A DNA stretch of 14,537 nt from an uncultured Aquificales bacterium (GCA_964411615.1 CAYPLO010000043.1:1-14537); one strand, 5' to 3'; shown: positions 1-7,800, numbered from the stretch's first letter. Translations and numbers: made by a program. Notes: generated from the letters alone by a model not told the origin.

Positions 1-67
1 CCACGTAGTAGTAGCCCTCGGTTCTTATCTTCTCAAAGCTCTGTATGCCTATGGGAAGCCTCTTCAT
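1..67 (-). CDS. AAA-ATPase-like domain protein (PF09820-type, often fused to a PD-(D/E)XK nuclease); N-terminus only, continues past the left edge
   Basis: Not in the ORF track. The reverse complement from ATG at 67-65 reads MKRLPIGIQSFEKIRTEGYYYV..., matching the characteristic LPIGIQxFxxIRxxxxYYVDKT start of this family. Confidence 0.85.
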   Translation of the reverse strand, partial: MKRLPIGIQSFEKIRTEGYYYV

Positions 68-74
68 GTTTTTT

Positions 75-103
75 ATGATAACTTCGGCAAGTTGTCTTTG
101 CAA
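75..103 (-). promoter_or_regulatory. Putative sigma70 promoter for the AAA-ATPase-like gene (leaderless)
   Basis: Minus strand: TTGCAA (103-98), 17-nt spacer, TATCAT (80-75), then 7 nt to the ATG. No Shine-Dalgarno. Confidence 0.6.
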
Positions 104-121
104 TTTGCCCGGGCTTTTGGG

Positions 122-1090
122 TCAGCACAGGGATAGGAAGGGGGATACGGGGTAGCTTCTGAAGTGTTCTTTTTCTATTAGTTTGCAGGCGATTTCGGTT
201 TTGTGGTCTATGTCTTTAGCTTTGCGGGTCTTTCTCAGATAGAAGAGGGCGTGGCTGAAGTTCTGTAGGTACCAGTAGAGGAAGCTGTCCATCCGCTTGG
301 ACCACCAGTTCTCAGGCAGGTACCTCTTTATCCCTTCTGCCATTAGTATCACCGGCTCTGTGGGTTCAGGGGGGTCCTGTATGTGCCTTCCATCAATGTG
401 GTCCTTTATGTCCCTGAATATCCAGGGTCTTATAAGTGCTGCCCTTCCTACCATGACCCCGCTGGCCCCTGTACTCTCAATCATCCTCTCGGCGTCCTCT
501 GGGGAGAAGATGTCTCCGTTGCCCACAATGGGGATGGAGCTTTCTCTTACCGCAAGCCCTATGAGTTCCCATCTTGCTTTCTTTCTGAATCCGTCCTCTG
601 GGTGCCTTGGGTGCACGGCGACGAAATTGATTGATAGGCTATCAAATATATTTAGCAGTCTGATGAAGTTATCCGTGTTCTGTGGAACCCTCATCTTGAC
701 GGATACAGGGAGTTTTGTGGACCCTTTTATAACTTTCAAAATGTTTTCTATTTTTTCGGGGTAGGTCAGCAATGCTGCTCCCCAACCGTATTTTTGAAAT
801 CTCCCTTTCGTGCATCCCAAATTCAGGTTGATGCCGCTTATATGGGAGAGCTTTTCTATCTTGGGAATCACCGTGCGAAAGTCTTCCTCCTCTTTCCCTA
901 TGACCTGGGCTATGAGGCTATCTTCTCCGTTGTATGGTGTGAGATACGGGTCGTCTTCGGGATTCGTGGACTTGATGTATCTTATATTTATCATCTCTGT
1001 CATGCAGATGGTCTCTGGACAGTACCTTCTGACAAGCTCTCTGAAGGGTGCATGGGTTAAATCTGCCATGGGAGCCAGATACAGCTTCAT
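122..1090 (-). CDS. dus: tRNA-dihydrouridine synthase (Dus family, FMN-dependent)
   Basis: 322 aa with Dus motifs LAPMADLT...FR, NLNLGC (catalytic Cys), GAALL, PVSVKMR, VHPR, IVGNGDI, GVMVGRAALIRPWIF. The subfamily (A/B/C) cannot be assigned by eye. Confidence 0.93.
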   Translation of the reverse strand: MKLYLAPMADLTHAPFRELVRRYCPETICMTEMINIRYIKSTNPEDDPYLTPYNGEDSLIAQVIGKEEEDFRTVIPKIEKLSHISGINLNLGCTKGRFQKYGWGAALLTYPEKIENILKVIKGSTKLPVSVKMRVPQNTDNFIRLLNIFDSLSINFVAVHPRHPEDGFRKKARWELIGLAVRESSIPIVGNGDIFSPEDAERMIESTGASGVMVGRAALIRPWIFRDIKDHIDGRHIQDPPEPTEPVILMAEGIKRYLPENWWSKRMDSFLYWYLQNFSHALFYLRKTRKAKDIDHKTEIACKLIEKEHFRSYPVSPFLSLC

Positions 1091-1098
1091 GGCACTTC

Positions 1099-1126
1099 AT
1101 TATAATGTGCTGATTTTATCTATCAA
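1099..1126 (-). promoter_or_regulatory. Putative sigma70 promoter for dus (leaderless or very short leader)
   Basis: Minus strand: TTGATA (1126-1121), 16-nt spacer, TATAAT (1104-1099), then 8 nt to the ATG at 1090. No Shine-Dalgarno. Confidence 0.6.
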
Positions 1127-1163
1127 GTTGAACCTCCGTGTTCCTTTTGATAATAGCCACACC

Positions 1164-2636
1164 ATGCCGGGTATCAAAGGTTCAGTGCTGAAGAGGGTGT
1201 TTCTATTAAATGTTGGTGCCCTCTTTATCATCTCCGCCCTCTACGCCGTTATCATTGGATGGGATGTGTACAAGGTGAGATGTCTCATTCATTCAACCTA
1301 CCGTAGGGTTGCCTCAAGGTTTGTGGAGGTGGCTCTGGATATGAGCAAAAGGGGAATAGATAACCTGTTGAACAGCTTTGCCATGTGGGAGGAGTTCTAC
1401 CGGAGGGTGAGGGCTAAGGATGTGAGGTGGCTTGGGGAGATGCTGGGGGAGGATGCCCAGGCCAAGGATACGGCCCACTCCCTTGGGGTCTACCTTGAGG
1501 ACGGTAGCTTCCTCTACGGATGGGGAGGCAGGCTTGAAAAGCAACAGGCCCTGAAGGTGGTCTCATTTTTGAAGAGCAGGTTCAGGCTGGGGGAGGAGGT
1601 CAGGGATATTCCCTTCTTCTTCGTGAAGCTTGATGGGCATGTGCATATGGTGGGAGTGTGCCCCCTGTGCGATGATAGCGGGAAGGTCCTCTCCTATAGC
1701 TTTCTTCTTGTGGGCAGGAGGGTGGAGGATTTGGCCAGTGTTTTCCCCTTCAACGAGATTGGAGGGAGCCTTGAGGTGGTGGATGGAGAGGGTTCTTTGG
1801 GACAGAGGGTGGCCTTTGTGTATCCTTTAAAGGGGTTTGATAACTCCACCGTTGGAGAGATAGTTGTCCGTTTTCCAGGTAAGGTGATGGAGGCGCTCAG
1901 GATGGTGGCCTCTGCCACCTTCGCCTTTGTGCTGATACTTACCGTGGTCTCCTTTGGGCTTGCCTGTTACCACAGGAGGCTCTACAGGCAGATGAGGGCC
2001 TCTGTTGACACCATGCTTGAGTCCCTGAGCTGCCTCAGCTGTTATCAGGTGGACAGGGGGAGGCTGCTGGAGCTATCAAAGAGGGATGATGAGATAGGAT
2101 ATGTAGCCAGGGGACTGGTGAGTATTCTGGATGCCCTTGCGGACAGGGTCATATACGACCCCCTCACGAGGGTGCTGAACAGGGGGGCCTTTATGACCAG
2201 GCTTGAGGAGGAGCTGGAGAGGGCCAGAAGATACGTCCAATCTCTATCCTTCTGTATAATTGACATAGACGACTTCAAGGAAGTTAACGACACCTACGGC
2301 CATCCCGTGGGTGATGGTGTGCTGAGGCAGTTCGCATGGCTAATCAAATCCAACGTGAGGCGCTTTGATGTGGTGGGCAGACTGGGGGGTGAGGAGTTCG
2401 GAATAATCTTCCCCATGACGGATATTGAGGGGGCAAGGGCGGCATGCGAGAAGCTCAGGTTAAAGCTTGAAGAGACCAGCTTTGTGGTGGAAGATGTGTC
2501 CCTGAGAATAACTGCCAGTTTTGGCGTTGTTAGTTTTGAAGAGGCGGACACCCTTCAGTCCCTCTACGAGAGGGCCGATGGGGCTCTGTATATGGCCAAG
2601 ACCTCCGGGAAGAACAAAGTGGTTGCCATAGCTTAA
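1164..2636 (+). CDS. Membrane-bound diguanylate cyclase (TM, CHASE4-like sensor, TM, HAMP, GGDEF)
   Basis: The ORF-track start at 810 overlaps dus, so ATG 1164 is preferred (490 aa). Features: N-terminal TM helix, CHASE4-like FAMWEEFY, second TM helix, HAMP-like RDDEIGYVA, and DPLTRVLNR...DIDDFKEVNDTYGHPVGD...RLGGEEF...ADGALYMAK..GKN. The RxxD I-site (RRFD) is intact. Confidence 0.92.
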   Translation: MPGIKGSVLKRVFLLNVGALFIISALYAVIIGWDVYKVRCLIHSTYRRVASRFVEVALDMSKRGIDNLLNSFAMWEEFYRRVRAKDVRWLGEMLGEDAQAKDTAHSLGVYLEDGSFLYGWGGRLEKQQALKVVSFLKSRFRLGEEVRDIPFFFVKLDGHVHMVGVCPLCDDSGKVLSYSFLLVGRRVEDLASVFPFNEIGGSLEVVDGEGSLGQRVAFVYPLKGFDNSTVGEIVVRFPGKVMEALRMVASATFAFVLILTVVSFGLACYHRRLYRQMRASVDTMLESLSCLSCYQVDRGRLLELSKRDDEIGYVARGLVSILDALADRVIYDPLTRVLNRGAFMTRLEEELERARRYVQSLSFCIIDIDDFKEVNDTYGHPVGDGVLRQFAWLIKSNVRRFDVVGRLGGEEFGIIFPMTDIEGARAACEKLRLKLEETSFVVEDVSLRITASFGVVSFEEADTLQSLYERADGALYMAKTSGKNKVVAIA

Positions 2637-2651
2637 AGCTTGTGATAGATA
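2623..2651 (+). promoter_or_regulatory. Putative promoter of the riboswitch-led operon
   Basis: TTGCCA (2623-2628), 17-nt spacer, TAGATA (2646-2651) with extended TG at 2643-2644. This would put +1 near 2657-2658, at the first riboswitch helix. Confidence 0.45.
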
Positions 2652-2657
2652 CCACAT

Positions 2658-2846
2658 GCCCGGGTGTCGGGAAGTCCGGTGAGAGTCCGGCGCTGGCCCC
2701 GCAACTGTGACCGGGGACGAAAGCCTGCTTGGCCCCTTTGGGGGTGACAGGCCACTGGGGCGTGTGCCCTGGGAAGGCGCAGGCGAGTAGGATGATCCGG
2801 AAGCCAGGAGACCGGCCCGGGTGACGATGCCCTCGGGGAGCAGGGC
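2658..2846 (+). ncRNA. Cobalamin (B12) riboswitch aptamer plus P13 kissing hairpin
   Basis: Conserved elements: CGGGAA (2668-2673); P4 CCGG-UGAGAGU-CCGG; L5 GCCCCGCAACUGU; GCCACUG...GGGAAGGC; B12 box AGCCAGGAGACCGGCC (2802-2817); P13 GCCCU/AGGGC with loop CGGGG complementary to L5 CCCCG. It lies upstream of cbiK, btu-like genes and cobA. Confidence 0.96.
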
Positions 2847-2863
2847 CAAGGGGGGAGCTTTAC

Positions 2864-2900
2864 GCCCTGACCTCTTCGGGGGTCAGGGCTTTTTAATTTT
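2864..2900 (+). terminator. Intrinsic terminator forming the riboswitch expression platform (attenuator)
   Basis: 11-bp stem GCCCUGACCUC/GGGGUCAGGGC (one G-U pair) with a C(UUCG)G tetraloop, followed by UUUUUAAUUUU. It sits just before the RBS GAGGAGGU (2903-2910). Confidence 0.9.
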
Positions 2901-2915
2901 GTGAGGAGGTGGGGG

Positions 2916-4325
2916 ATGAGAAGAGTTGTGCTGGCTTTATTTGTGCTCTTCTTGAGCTTTTCCCTGAGCTGGTCTGCCCAGGTATCCGATGCCCAGCTTA
3001 GGGAGCTCATGAGGACCCTTGAGCAGCTGAAGGCCAAGGTGCAGGAGCTGGAGAGAAGGGTTCAGATGTACGAAAGACGGCAGAAGGCCGTTGAGGTCAG
3101 GCAGAGAGAGCTTGAGAAGGCTAAGGAAGAGATTGCCTCAATAAAGGAGGCCCTGGGTAATATCAAAGTTTCTGCCGACATAACCATGGTGGGACAGGGG
3201 ACCGTCAACAACGGTGATAACAACAGGGGCGATTATGATGAAGGGGATGTGCAGGACGGTGCCTGGAGCTTTGACCTTGAGGTGGAGAGCAGGCTCTGGA
3301 AGGGGGCAACCGCCTACATGCTCCTTGAAGGAGGGCAGGGAGAAGGAGTTGAAGACGAGGTTCCCACCCTGTCGGGGTTCAACGACGACGCACCTGGAAC
3401 TGAGAGTGCCCATGCGGAGGTGACAGAGGCCTGGTGGGAGCAGGAGTTGCCTGCACCCTTCGGGAAGGTGACCTTCACCTTGGGGAAGGTGGATTTGACC
3501 AACTACTTTGACACGAACGATGTGGCCAACGACGAGACGGAGCAGTTCCTCTCAAGCGGCTTTGTGAACAACCTTGCCGTTGAGTGGCCCGATGATAACG
3601 GTTTCGGGGCCAGGCTGACCGTTGAGCCTGCCGATTGGATTTACGTGAGCCTTGGCTGGGCTGAGGCTGACGCCGACTGGGAGGACATCTTTGAGGATAG
3701 CTTTGGTATAGCCGAGGTTGGCTTTACCGTGCGTCCCTTTGGCAGGGAGGGACACTACAGGTTCTACGTGTGGGTGAACGGCAAGGACCATCTGGACGTA
3801 GGGGACCTGAGGGACTACGCCAGAGGTAAGATAGATGCATCCCGCATAGACCATGACGGGACCAACTGGGGTGTGGGCTTCTCCTTTGACCAGGAGCTGG
3901 CGAAGGGGGTTGTGGCCTTCTTAAGGGGCGGTGTTATGGATTCTGATGTGGTTGCGGGAAGCGTTGATGGTGAGGATGTGAGTGTTGATACGGTTCCCGT
4001 GAAGGGTGCCTTAAGCGGAGGCTTCAGGGTGTCCGGCATCTACTGGGGCAGGGAGAGGGATGAGCTTGCCATGGCCTTTGGGGTTGTCTTTGTGGACGAT
4101 GAGGCTGAGAGGTTCTACAGGATGAGCGATTACTACGACTACTACAGGCACCCTGAGAAGGTGGATATGGCCAACGAGTATCACCTTGAGGCCTACTACA
4201 AGCTGGTCTTCTTTGACGGTAAGCTTGAGTTCAGCCCCGACTTTCAGGTTGTCTGGAACCCCAATGGCGTTGACGATGCGGATACCGTCTATGTGCTCGG
4301 CACCAGGATGCAGGTGAACTTCTGA
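2916..4325 (+). CDS. Outer-membrane beta-barrel porin (OprB/carbohydrate-porin-like) with N-terminal coiled coil
   Basis: ATG 2916 follows SD GAGGAGGT; 469 aa. Signal peptide ending ...SWSA, then a heptad coiled coil (LRELMRTLEQLKAKVQELE...). OprB-like segments EAWWEQ, TLGKVDLTNYFDTN..ANDETEQFL, GFSFDQ, EAYYK, SPDFQ, and a C-terminal Phe (RMQVNF). Confidence 0.82.
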   Translation: MRRVVLALFVLFLSFSLSWSAQVSDAQLRELMRTLEQLKAKVQELERRVQMYERRQKAVEVRQRELEKAKEEIASIKEALGNIKVSADITMVGQGTVNNGDNNRGDYDEGDVQDGAWSFDLEVESRLWKGATAYMLLEGGQGEGVEDEVPTLSGFNDDAPGTESAHAEVTEAWWEQELPAPFGKVTFTLGKVDLTNYFDTNDVANDETEQFLSSGFVNNLAVEWPDDNGFGARLTVEPADWIYVSLGWAEADADWEDIFEDSFGIAEVGFTVRPFGREGHYRFYVWVNGKDHLDVGDLRDYARGKIDASRIDHDGTNWGVGFSFDQELAKGVVAFLRGGVMDSDVVAGSVDGEDVSVDTVPVKGALSGGFRVSGIYWGRERDELAMAFGVVFVDDEAERFYRMSDYYDYYRHPEKVDMANEYHLEAYYKLVFFDGKLEFSPDFQVVWNPNGVDDADTVYVLGTRMQVNF

Positions 4326-4336
4326 GGAGGTGGATT

Positions 4337-5308
4337 ATGAAAAGGCTTCTGGTCTTTGCGGTTGTGTGTTCTTTGATTCTCTCTGGAAGGGTGTGGGCCA
4401 TGGGCAAGGAGAGTTCTAAGCCTGCTATAGTGCTTGCCTTCTTCGGAACCACGTATCCGTCGGGTCTGAGGGCCATAAAGAACGTGCTTGAGGAGGTGAA
4501 GAGGGCATTTCCCCACACGGAGGTTCGCATAACCTTCACCTCCAATATCATCAAGAGCATATGGCGCAAGAGGAGGGCGGAGAAGGAGAGGTGGCTTGCA
4601 AAGGGTGTTCCTGAGGAGGTGCTGAATGTGAAGGGCCTTATAGCCACCCTGGGTGAGCTTTCCGATGAGGGATACAAGGATATAGTGGTCCAGTCCACCC
4701 ACATATACCACATGGAGGAGGTGGAGGACCTGCTGGCGAAGATAAGGGCTCTCAGGAGCATAGAGACGGTGAAGGATAGGTGGAGGCCCTTCAGGAAGAT
4801 AGCCTTTGGACGCCCCATACTGGGGGATGTGGGGGACAGGTACGATTACCACGAGGACCTGAAGAGGGCCGTTCTGGCGTTGAAGGACGATGTGGAGCTT
4901 GCCAGGAGAAAACACGCCGTTCTGGTCTACATGGGCCACGGCAACGAGTTCTGGTCCACCGGTATATACGCCGAGGCCGAGAAGATGTTCAGGAGGTTGT
5001 ATCCCGATGTGCAGGTGTTTATAGGCACCGTTGAGGGATACCCCTCCCTTGAGGATGTGCTGGAGAAGCTCAAAAAGGAGGCCAGGACCAGAAGGGTTGT
5101 CCTCAAGCCCTTCATGCTGGTTGCCGGTGACCATGCCACCAACGATATGGCGGGGAATGAACCCGATTCCTGGAAGAGCGTCCTTGAGAAGAACGGGTTT
5201 GAGGTGATACCTGTCCTTGAGGGGCTCGGCGAGAAGGACTCCATAGCCAGGATAATAGTCGAGCATATTAGGGATGCGGCAAGGGACGCAGGTATAAGGC
5301 TTGAGTGA
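4337..5308 (+). CDS. cbiK: Sirohydrochlorin cobaltochelatase CbiK, exported/periplasmic type
   Basis: AIVLAFFGTT, FTSNII, VVQSTH, metal-ligand motifs YMGHGN and PFMLVAGDHATNDMAG, DSWKSVL, GLGE. The N-terminus MKRLLVFAVVCSLILSGRVWA is a signal peptide. SD GGAGG. Confidence 0.92.
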   Translation: MKRLLVFAVVCSLILSGRVWAMGKESSKPAIVLAFFGTTYPSGLRAIKNVLEEVKRAFPHTEVRITFTSNIIKSIWRKRRAEKERWLAKGVPEEVLNVKGLIATLGELSDEGYKDIVVQSTHIYHMEEVEDLLAKIRALRSIETVKDRWRPFRKIAFGRPILGDVGDRYDYHEDLKRAVLALKDDVELARRKHAVLVYMGHGNEFWSTGIYAEAEKMFRRLYPDVQVFIGTVEGYPSLEDVLEKLKKEARTRRVVLKPFMLVAGDHATNDMAGNEPDSWKSVLEKNGFEVIPVLEGLGEKDSIARIIVEHIRDAARDAGIRLE

Positions 5309-6146
5309 GATAGAGGTAAGGAACCTCAGAAAGAGATACGGCGATGTTGAGGCTCTGAGGGGGGTCTCCTTCACCGTTGAGAGAGGGGAAGTGCTGGGGC
5401 TTCTCGGTCCCAACGGTGCGGGCAAGACCACAACAGTGAAGATTCTCACGGGGCTTGTTATAGAGTACGAGGGGGAGGTGAGGTACAGGGGTAGGCCCTT
5501 CTCCCCCTATGACTCCTTTTTCAAGAGAATCATCGGAGTTGTGCCCCAGCACAACAACTTGGACAAGGAACTCACCGTGTATCAGAACCTGAAGATTCAC
5601 GGCCTTCTGTTTGGTCTGTGGGGAAAGAGGCTTGATAATGCCATTTCGGAGGTCCTTGAGCTTACAGGCCTTTCTGGACACAGGGACAGGAAGGTGGACC
5701 ACCTCTCCGGGGGCATGAAGAGGAGGCTTGTGATAGCCAGGGCCATGCTCCACTCCCCGGAGGTCATCTTTCTTGACGAGCCCACCGTGGGCCTTGACCC
5801 TGCCGTTCGCAGGAGCATGTGGGACCTGATACTGAGACTGCACGCCCAGGGGAAGACGGTTGTCCTCACCACCCACTACATAGAGGAGGCCGACATGCTG
5901 GCGGATAGGGTGGTGATAATGGACAAGGGCAGGGTTGTCTGTCAGGGAGAGCCTGGGCAGCTCAAGGGTATGCTGGGAAGGTTCGTTCTGGAGGTCCACA
6001 CCCCAGACGGTATAGAGGAGGAGTTCTTCAGCAGCAGGGAGGAGGCGGTTGAAAGGGCAAGAGGTATGAGCTTTCCGGTGAGGATAAGGGAGGTGACCTT
6101 AGAGGATGTCTTCCTGAAGTACACGGGAAAGAGGATTGAGGTGTGA
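5301..6146 (+). CDS. ABC transporter ATP-binding protein, DrrA/NodI (ABC-2 exporter) type
   Basis: TTG start overlapping the cbiK stop. Walker A GPNGAGKT, signature LSGGMKRR, Walker B IFLDEPTVGLD, TTHYIEEA, C-terminal TLEDVFLKYTG. Confidence 0.92.
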   Translation: MSEIEVRNLRKRYGDVEALRGVSFTVERGEVLGLLGPNGAGKTTTVKILTGLVIEYEGEVRYRGRPFSPYDSFFKRIIGVVPQHNNLDKELTVYQNLKIHGLLFGLWGKRLDNAISEVLELTGLSGHRDRKVDHLSGGMKRRLVIARAMLHSPEVIFLDEPTVGLDPAVRRSMWDLILRLHAQGKTVVLTTHYIEEADMLADRVVIMDKGRVVCQGEPGQLKGMLGRFVLEVHTPDGIEEEFFSSREEAVERARGMSFPVRIREVTLEDVFLKYTGKRIEV

Positions 6147-6877
6147 AGGGGGTTGTGGCGGTATACTACAGGGAGATGGCCAACTTTGCCCAGAGATGGG
6201 TTAAGGTGTTCTCCGCCTCCGTAATCTACCCGGCCCTTTTCCTCCTTGCCTTTGGCTACGGGATAGGGAGGGGGGCTCAGGTGAACGGTGTCGGATATGT
6301 GAAGTTTCTCATACCTGGCCTTCTCACCATGAGCAGCATGAACCAGGCCTACGGCATCTCCCTGGATGTCCACATAAACAGATACTACTACAAACTATTT
6401 GAGGAGTACCTGCTGGCTCCCATATCAAGGTGGGAGATTGTGGTGGGGGAGGTGCTCTACGGTATAACCAAGGGACTTATCCCGTCTCTGCTGCTTCTCG
6501 GTTACGGACTGCTGGCCCATCTCGGCTACAGGGTGAGTCTGGAGTTTGTCCTCTTTCTCCTTCTGCATCTGGTCTGCTTCTCTTTGCTTGGATTCATAGT
6601 GGCCATGGTTGTCAGGTCCCATGCGGACCAGGCGGCCTTCTCCACCTTCGTCATGACCCCCATGCTCTTTCTATCGGATACCTTCTATCCCATAGAGAAG
6701 ATGCCCCTGTTTGTCCGTCCCCTTGGGTATCTGTTTCCCTTAACCTACTCCACCAAGCTCATCAGAGCCTCCCTTCTTGGTAGGGAGGTTGACTACAGAT
6801 ACGCTGTGCTGCTTATGGCCATAGCCTTACTGCTGTTTACGGTGGCCCTCTTCCTCTCCAGAAGGGCTGAGGCATGA
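6143..6877 (+). CDS. ABC-2 type (DrrB/NodJ-like) exporter permease
   Basis: GTGA overlap with the ATPase. About six hydrophobic helices, with YVKFLIPGLL, LLAPISRWEIVVG and PMLFLSDTFYP...LFPLTY typical of ABC2_membrane. Confidence 0.9.
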   Translation: MKGVVAVYYREMANFAQRWVKVFSASVIYPALFLLAFGYGIGRGAQVNGVGYVKFLIPGLLTMSSMNQAYGISLDVHINRYYYKLFEEYLLAPISRWEIVVGEVLYGITKGLIPSLLLLGYGLLAHLGYRVSLEFVLFLLLHLVCFSLLGFIVAMVVRSHADQAAFSTFVMTPMLFLSDTFYPIEKMPLFVRPLGYLFPLTYSTKLIRASLLGREVDYRYAVLLMAIALLLFTVALFLSRRAEA

Positions 6878-7800
6878 AGAGAGCTTTGGCCGTATCACTG
6901 CTGCTTCTGCTCGGTGTGGCCTCTCTCTTTGTGGGACCCGCACCTTTCTCTTACGAAATACTTGTGGATATACGCCTTCCCAGGGTGGTTATGGCCTTAG
7001 TTGAGGGGGCGGCGCTGGGGATGAGCGGTGCCCTCTACCAGATGGTTTTGAGGAACCCGTTAGCCGATGGCTTCACCACAGGGGTATCATCAAGCTGTGC
7101 CCTGGGGGCCGTTCTGGCCATAGCCCTGGGCCTGCCCTTTGGAGCTGTGGCTGTTATCTCCTTTGCCTTTGGTATGGGAGGACTCTTTCTCGTCTATCTG
7201 TTATCCCGCAGGGATGGGGTGATTGAGCCTGTCACCATGGTTCTTGCCGGCATAGTCCTCAATATCGTGGCCTCCTCCTTCATAGGGCTTGTGAAGTTTA
7301 TTTGCGAGGAGAGCATCTCATCTTTGGTCTTCTGGCTTATGGGCTCCGTATATCTTCTTGACTTCTGGAAGGTTCTTGTTGTGGTTGCCCTTGTCCTTCT
7401 CTCCTCAGGCCTTCTGCTGAGGGACCTCTACGCCTTCAACCTTCTGGCCCTTGACGACTACTCCGCCTTCTCAAGCGGTGTGGATGTCTCCCGGTTGAGA
7501 ACCAAGGGGTTCGTGGTGGCCACCCTTCTTGTGGCTGCTACTGTGAGTGTGTCGGGCATAATAGCCTTCGTGGGGCTGATGGTGCCTCACTTAGTAAGGG
7601 GAACGGTGGGTTCCGATGCGGGCAGTGTTCTGTTCTACTCCGGTGTTGGGGGTGGTGGACTTCTGTTGCTGGCAGACACCCTATCCAGGTCCCTGCTGGT
7701 GGGTGGCTCTGAGGTGCCTGTGGGGGTGATAACCTCCTTCATGGGGGGAGTCTTCTTCCTCTGGCTCATGTTCAGGAGGAGCCGGGATGGCTGGGGTTGA
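6874..7800 (+). CDS. Iron-chelate/cobalamin ABC importer permease (FecCD/BtuC family)
   Basis: ATGA overlap. Motifs IRLPRVV, QMVLRNPLAD, FWLMGS, SGIIAFVGLMVPHLVR, LADTLSR, EVPVGVITSFMGGVFF. Confidence 0.93.
   Translation: MKRALAVSLLLLLGVASLFVGPAPFSYEILVDIRLPRVVMALVEGAALGMSGALYQMVLRNPLADGFTTGVSSSCALGAVLAIALGLPFGAVAVISFAFGMGGLFLVYLLSRRDGVIEPVTMVLAGIVLNIVASSFIGLVKFICEESISSLVFWLMGSVYLLDFWKVLVVVALVLLSSGLLLRDLYAFNLLALDDYSAFSSGVDVSRLRTKGFVVATLLVAATVSVSGIIAFVGLMVPHLVRGTVGSDAGSVLFYSGVGGGGLLLLADTLSRSLLVGGSEVPVGVITSFMGGVFFLWLMFRRSRDGWG

Noticed and set aside
810..1163. N-terminal 118-aa extension of the GGDEF ORF given in the track
   Set aside because: It overlaps dus on the opposite strand and the divergent promoter region. 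The TM/sensor architecture starts after ATG 1164.
2460..3037. Minus-strand ORFs 2460-2849 and 2633-3037
   Set aside because: They are antisense shadows of the riboswitch and flanking genes, with Pro/Ser-rich, non-protein-like composition.
4128..4145. Short tandem repeat GATTACTAC GACTACTAC in the porin (DYYDYY)
   Set aside because: Only two imperfect in-frame units in a probable surface loop; no support for phase variation or a repeat array.
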